NCBI GenBank assembly: GCA_048882505.1
Contig: JBHLRO010000022.1
Span: 31,362-63,361, forward strand
DNA: 32,000 nucleotides
Direction: 5' to 3'
Source: Candidatus Thorarchaeota archaeon
GTDB lineage: Archaea; Asgardarchaeota; Heimdallarchaeia; Hodarchaeales; Hodarchaeaceae
Under the pieces are notes generated by a model, which was given only the letters and a program-made list of their open reading frames with translations, searched no databases and was not told the DNA's origin. The translations under genes were made by a program, and so were the position numbers. Below, one piece after another: positions 27,936 to 32,000 of this stretch (positions within the stretch are counted from its first letter, which is position 1; each line of letters starts with the position of its first letter).

Positions 27936-28691
27936 TCAGCGACGGCCTGAATATAATCTATAGCTCATGTAACTCAGACCACAACCAATTATGAAAATAA
28001 ATGGGGTAACAATAGGATCGACTGGAGTACTATTGTACAGCGGTTGAATTTGGGCGACCATCAAGAATGGATGAAAGTAGCTATGGACTCCAAACATCAT
28101 AAAGATAGCGATTACAATCGTGTGGGGAACGATTTTGTTTAAGTTGCCATTGATCGCCAAACCAAGACGACCTCTTAAATCAGATATAACGCTAAATCGC
28201 GCCTTGATTCTAGCGGAAAACCATGAGTAGTCTGTAATCCCAAGGATCAAAAGCATCACAAGACAAACCTGAGCTAAGGCAACGAAGATTACTTGCAATA
28301 TATATAGATTAGAAAAAAAGACCACAATAGCCTGATTACTTCGAGAACTTTGGATATGTTCGTCTATCCGCATGAAATAATAAAATGAAATATAACATAC
28401 CATCAATATGGTAGCAAGAGGGGGAATGAGAATAGACGAGGCGTTCTCGTTTTCTTGTTCATTGAATAGTCTGATGTAATGATAAATGCTCTGCCCCACT
28501 AACATCAGAATCAAAAAGAAGAGTAGTTCGAGAAGGAGTAAGAGGAAGGTTAGTTCTTCTAGCGGAAGAATGGATTCAAACAATAATTTTTCTTGTATCC
28601 ATATATACGCCGATTCTCCAAAGTATTTTGAATTAGGTATTTCTACAACGCTAATAGCCAATGAGAGACTGAGAAATATATTAAGCCCCAA
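27936..28691 (-). CDS. Hypothetical multi-pass membrane protein, 251 aa
   Basis: Several TM segments; overlaps the upstream gene by 11 bp. Confidence 0.65.
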   Translation of the reverse strand: MGLNIFLSLSLAISVVEIPNSKYFGESAYIWIQEKLLFESILPLEELTFLLLLLELLFFLILMLVGQSIYHYIRLFNEQENENASSILIPPLATILMVCYISFYYFMRIDEHIQSSRSNQAIVVFFSNLYILQVIFVALAQVCLVMLLILGITDYSWFSARIKARFSVISDLRGRLGLAINGNLNKIVPHTIVIAIFMMFGVHSYFHPFLMVAQIQPLYNSTPVDPIVTPFIFIIGCGLSYMSYRLYSGRR

Positions 28692-29013
28692 AGCTACACA
28701 AACCTAGCCAAATTACCTTCGATAAAGAAATTGGTAGTTTTTTGGGATCCACTTGACGTCTCATTCTCAGGCCCTTTACACCAAGTAAAATTCCAATGCC
28801 TATAAATAAAAAAACGTACCATTCGTGGAAAATAAGGAGAAGACGGGAAATAACGGCACAAATCGCTCTAAGTTGGAAGATCTCTACATTGCTCCCTATG
28901 CGGGCATGGTTGGTGAGGATTCTGTTAAAAATGATAAGGTAATTGAATAGTAGAGGTAAACTACCCGTCAAACATAGTAAACTTCCGATAGTATAGGCAT
29001 TAGACCGGTTCAT
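28681..29013 (-). CDS. Hypothetical membrane protein, 110 aa
   Basis: Hydrophobic segments; ATGA start/stop overlap with the upstream gene suggests translational coupling. Confidence 0.6.
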   Translation of the reverse strand: MNRSNAYTIGSLLCLTGSLPLLFNYLIIFNRILTNHARIGSNVEIFQLRAICAVISRLLLIFHEWYVFLFIGIGILLGVKGLRMRRQVDPKKLPISLSKVIWLGLCSFGA

Positions 29014-29546
29014 TCAACGTTAGGCCTCACATCAATTGGGGGAACCCATCCCAAGTTGTATCCCTTGGATGTTTCGTAAGCTAGTTTCATTACATCCGTC
29101 CTGTCAGTTTCATAACCCCAATTCAGATAATCACCAAGAATTGTAGACAATCTACGCTTAAAATCCACTGGATTCAATAAAATCTCAAGTTTTATCATAA
29201 AAAGGTCTTTTCTTTCATAGTCGAACAAGAAAAGGATTATCTTATACTCTGTCATTTGGAGAGCACAGAGACAGTGATAAGAATCATTTTCAACTAGGAT
29301 CTCCCAGTTTTTTGTCCTTTTAATCTCTTCCCAAATGGGCTTTAGATCTATGTGGGAGTTGAAATCAGGAATAAATTGGTATCTGATCCAATTTTGATTT
29401 TTGATCTGTTGATCTTCTGTAATTAGCCTAAATTCAGAGAAATCACGATGTTCAGGATTATGCGGGTCTTGACGAAATCCGCTTGTCTGTATAAACACTT
29501 CTAAATCTTCGACAGACTTTAAATTCTTGAATTCTTGCATCTTCAT
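29010..29546 (-). CDS. Hypothetical protein, 178 aa
   Basis: ATG start with GGTAGG upstream; first gene of an overlapping three-gene run. Confidence 0.7.
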   Translation of the reverse strand: MKMQEFKNLKSVEDLEVFIQTSGFRQDPHNPEHRDFSEFRLITEDQQIKNQNWIRYQFIPDFNSHIDLKPIWEEIKRTKNWEILVENDSYHCLCALQMTEYKIILFLFDYERKDLFMIKLEILLNPVDFKRRLSTILGDYLNWGYETDRTDVMKLAYETSKGYNLGWVPPIDVRPNVE

Positions 29547-29614
29547 TCCTACCCTAATTCTCCATTTTTATTTGGAATAATCCATCTTTTATACTTTACA
29601 GACCCCAGAGTCAA

Positions 29615-30181
29615 TCAATTGAAATTGAATCCATCTCTTGATTGAGGTTTGATATTCTTAAGTTCATCTTCAATGCGAAGAAGAAATTCTTTATATATCT
29701 TTAAAGTGATATCATAGACCGCTAGCATCTCCGATACGATTTTGCGTAATTCTTCGTCGCATATAGATTCATCAGAAATTAATTTCCCTCTGAGATCTCC
29801 TAAACTATTCCTATATCTTGTTAATTCTTGCACATGATATTGAGTTCTATCTAATGCTAATTTTTTAGGATTTAAATTAAAGTAATAACGAGTTTTTCCT
29901 CTTTTTCCTTTTTCAGGTGAAATGGCGCAACAGTACTTTTCATTAACCATTTTCGTTAGAGTTCGGCTTACCGTACTTACTGAAAGGTCACGAGCAAAAT
30001 TTTCATTGATGAAGGTCAGTATTTTCCGCTGATCAAGACTATTCTCTTCTGATCTGGCCTTTAAAAAAAGCAAAGCGAATATTCTGCCGAAGTTTCTGGA
30101 TCTTCGAGAAGCAAAAATTCCGCCATAGAGCTCGACAAACTCTTTCTCATATTTTGTTAGAGTATAATCAGGATCAGGGAT
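29615..30181 (-). CDS. GbsR/MarR-family wHTH transcriptional regulator; start codon non-canonical or mutated
   Basis: The frame is open to 30202. The region above the track start encodes PDPDYTLTKYEKEFVELYGGIFASRRSRNFGRIFALLFL (GbsR-type N-terminal helices), followed by LSVSTVSRTLTKM...KRGKTRYY. There is no ATG/GTG/TTG upstream of 30073 in frame; the candidate start is ATC at 30179-30181. Confidence 0.75.
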   Translation of the reverse strand: MPDPDYTLTKYEKEFVELYGGIFASRRSRNFGRIFALLFLKARSEENSLDQRKILTFINENFARDLSVSTVSRTLTKMVNEKYCCAISPEKGKRGKTRYYFNLNPKKLALDRTQYHVQELTRYRNSLGDLRGKLISDESICDEELRKIVSEMLAVYDITLKIYKEFLLRIEDELKNIKPQSRDGFNFN

Positions 30182-30299
30182 GGTTCCAACACTTCCAAAT
30201 GATTAAACGCTAGTTATGACCAGAAAGTCACTTACTAAATCCGCGGTACAATGTATTTATAGAAATGACCGAGAACGATATATTTAAAAAGATTTTTGC

Positions 30300-30358
30300 A
30301 TTGCAACGAAACGCAATTGATGTGAAAAAGATGGATTATATTGCACTACTTCCGCAAT
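30300..30358. promoter_or_regulatory. Two inverted repeats ATTGC-N8/9-GCAAT in the divergent promoter region
   Basis: ATTGCaacgaaacGCAAT at 30300-30317 and ATTGCactacttccGCAAT at 30340-30358, both followed by TG, next to the AT-rich box TATATTTAAAAA. Confidence 0.55.
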
Positions 30359-30420
30359 TGTATCAATCTAAGCAACTGAAAAAGAGAAAAGAAGCTGTTT
30401 TACAGGTATGGTAATGGAAA

Positions 30421-32000
30421 ATGAAGAGTATTCAACAAGAGGAAAAATACATCTTTACTTTTCGAGAAATTAAACCAGAAATGCAAAAATTGGCAGGAGG
30501 AAAAGGAGGTGCTCTTGCCCGTCTTTTGAACGCAGGATTCCCAGTTCCTGATGGTCTAGTTATTACTCCAAAGGCATTTGAGGAGGATCAGTTACTTCCA
30601 GAGGTTTGGAAACAAGTTAAAACTTACCTTAAAGGTGTGTGGAAGAAAAATGGTAGTGTTTCTTTCGCCATACGTTCAAGTGCCCTAGCCGAAGATTCAG
30701 CAACAGCCTCATTCGGAGGGCAGTTTGAGACGGTTCTTGATGCAAAGACCGATGAGGAGATTCGCGAAGCGATAACGCAAGTTCGTAAATCTCGATTAAA
30801 CGAAAGGGTACAAGCCTATTCAAGAGCCAGGGGTCTGACGTTAGACCATGAAATTGCAGTTATAATTCAGCAGTTGATCAGGTCCGAGATTAGTGGCGTA
30901 TTATTTACAGCCGATCCTGTCTCAGGCAATCGGAATATTATGGTGGGAAATTATGTGTACGGAATGGGAGATCAATTGGTGTCTGGTGAGGTTGATGCTC
31001 ATGAATTTACCTTTACGAGACCTAAGGGAAAATATGGAGGGCCACCCGGTTTGAAACGATATAAAAAAGCCCTATTCAGGCAAGCCAAAGCAATCGAAAA
31101 CGAGTTCAAAGGTATTCCACAGGATATTGAATGGGCGATAGCTAATGGTGAAGTGCATATTCTACAATCCCGGCCTATTACCACATTGATAGGAAAAGAT
31201 CCAACTACTGGATATTACAATGAAAGCTTGACAGGAGACTATCTCTGGACCCAAACAGGGATTGGAGAGATCCTCCCCCAGGTCATGAGTCCAATGGAAT
31301 GGTCACTTTGGCGATTATATAATGTGGAATTAATGGAACATGACTGGTTTCAACCCCATACGATGATTGGAAATATTGCTGGACGAGCGTACATGAACGT
31401 TTCCATTTTGGTAAGTATCATGCGAAAAATGAAGGTCGGTCCCTTGGGTTACAGTGAGGAAAGGATCAGTGAAATCCTCCTAGAGAATATGATGGGAGAC
31501 ATTCCTGAAAATATGAAAATTCCCACTTTTCCAGTTTCTTGGAGGAAGATCCTCTTCAAGATGATTCCTGATGAATTCAGATGGCAACGTGCAGTCAAAA
31601 GATATCAAAAACAATTTCCTGACTTTTTAACAACACATTCTAAAAAATGTAAGGATTTTCAAGGGCGGATCAAAGTTCTGGAAACTAGATCAGAGCTTGT
31701 ATCGTTCTGGACCAAGGACCTTCGACCAGATTTTACTAATGCTGGATATATGATAAAAACCGCAAATGAAGTGTTTATCAATCCATTAAACGATCTTTCC
31801 ATAGAATTAGGAAAAATTATTGGCAAAGAGACCGCCAATATCCTTATCCAAGGTTCCCCTAAGGCAGAAAGACTAGAAAGCTTGGGCCCCATGCTCGGGT
31901 TATCGGACATTTTGGACGGGAAAATTTCACGGGAGGAGTATATGGAGCAATATGGACACCGAGATCCGAATGAGAATTATCTGATTTATCCGCGGCCGGC
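30421..32000 (+). CDS. PEP-utilising phosphotransferase, PPS/rifamycin-phosphotransferase-like; 3' truncated (not in ORF track)
   Basis: ATG 30421 reads MKSIQQEEKY...AGGKGGALARL...FPVPDG...AIRSSALAEDSATASFGGQFET...SGVLFTADP...GDQLVSG...PQDIEWA...LQSRPITT, then YLWTQTGIGEILPQVMSPMEWS. There is no stop before the window end. Confidence 0.9.
   Translation, partial: MKSIQQEEKYIFTFREIKPEMQKLAGGKGGALARLLNAGFPVPDGLVITPKAFEEDQLLPEVWKQVKTYLKGVWKKNGSVSFAIRSSALAEDSATASFGGQFETVLDAKTDEEIREAITQVRKSRLNERVQAYSRARGLTLDHEIAVIIQQLIRSEISGVLFTADPVSGNRNIMVGNYVYGMGDQLVSGEVDAHEFTFTRPKGKYGGPPGLKRYKKALFRQAKAIENEFKGIPQDIEWAIANGEVHILQSRPITTLIGKDPTTGYYNESLTGDYLWTQTGIGEILPQVMSPMEWSLWRLYNVELMEHDWFQPHTMIGNIAGRAYMNVSILVSIMRKMKVGPLGYSEERISEILLENMMGDIPENMKIPTFPVSWRKILFKMIPDEFRWQRAVKRYQKQFPDFLTTHSKKCKDFQGRIKVLETRSELVSFWTKDLRPDFTNAGYMIKTANEVFINPLNDLSIELGKIIGKETANILIQGSPKAERLESLGPMLGLSDILDGKISREEYMEQYGHRDPNENYLIYPRP

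Noticed and set aside
1-32000. Numerous short ORFs in the track that overlap longer genes on the opposite strand or in another frame
   Set aside because: They are shadows of well-supported genes, with no independent motifs.

Overview
Archaeal chromosomal window, most likely from an Asgard archaeon. This is inferred from two longin-like genes, a roadblock/LC7 pseudogene, a geranylgeranyl reductase and an archaeal-type PGI/PMI. Housekeeping genes (CPA antiporter, GT-C glycosyltransferase, GGR, PGI/PMI, M16 peptidase pair, Mrp/Nbp35, DUF362) alternate with orphan and accessory genes. No rRNA, tRNA, CRISPR array or transposase was found. The strongest candidate for an undescribed system is a membrane-anchored protein at 7226-8839. 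It joins a CuA-type cupredoxin to a cytochrome d1 beta-propeller that keeps all three NirS histidines but has no heme c motif, so it looks like a copper-fed cd1-type nitrite reductase. Other notable items are a thioredoxin-V4R-V4R fusion, a longin/restriction-endonuclease-fold fusion, a wHTH plus AAA+ ATPase pair and a polyproline-linker membrane protein. Several features are missing from the ORF track: a roadblock pseudogene (1638-1910), a duplication/deletion scar made of DUF362 and longin gene tails (20471-20738), a 41-aa ORF, an N-terminal extension of a GbsR-type regulator with no canonical start, paired operator palindromes, and a truncated RPH/PPS-like gene at the right edge. All family assignments come from motif recognition by eye; no database search was run.
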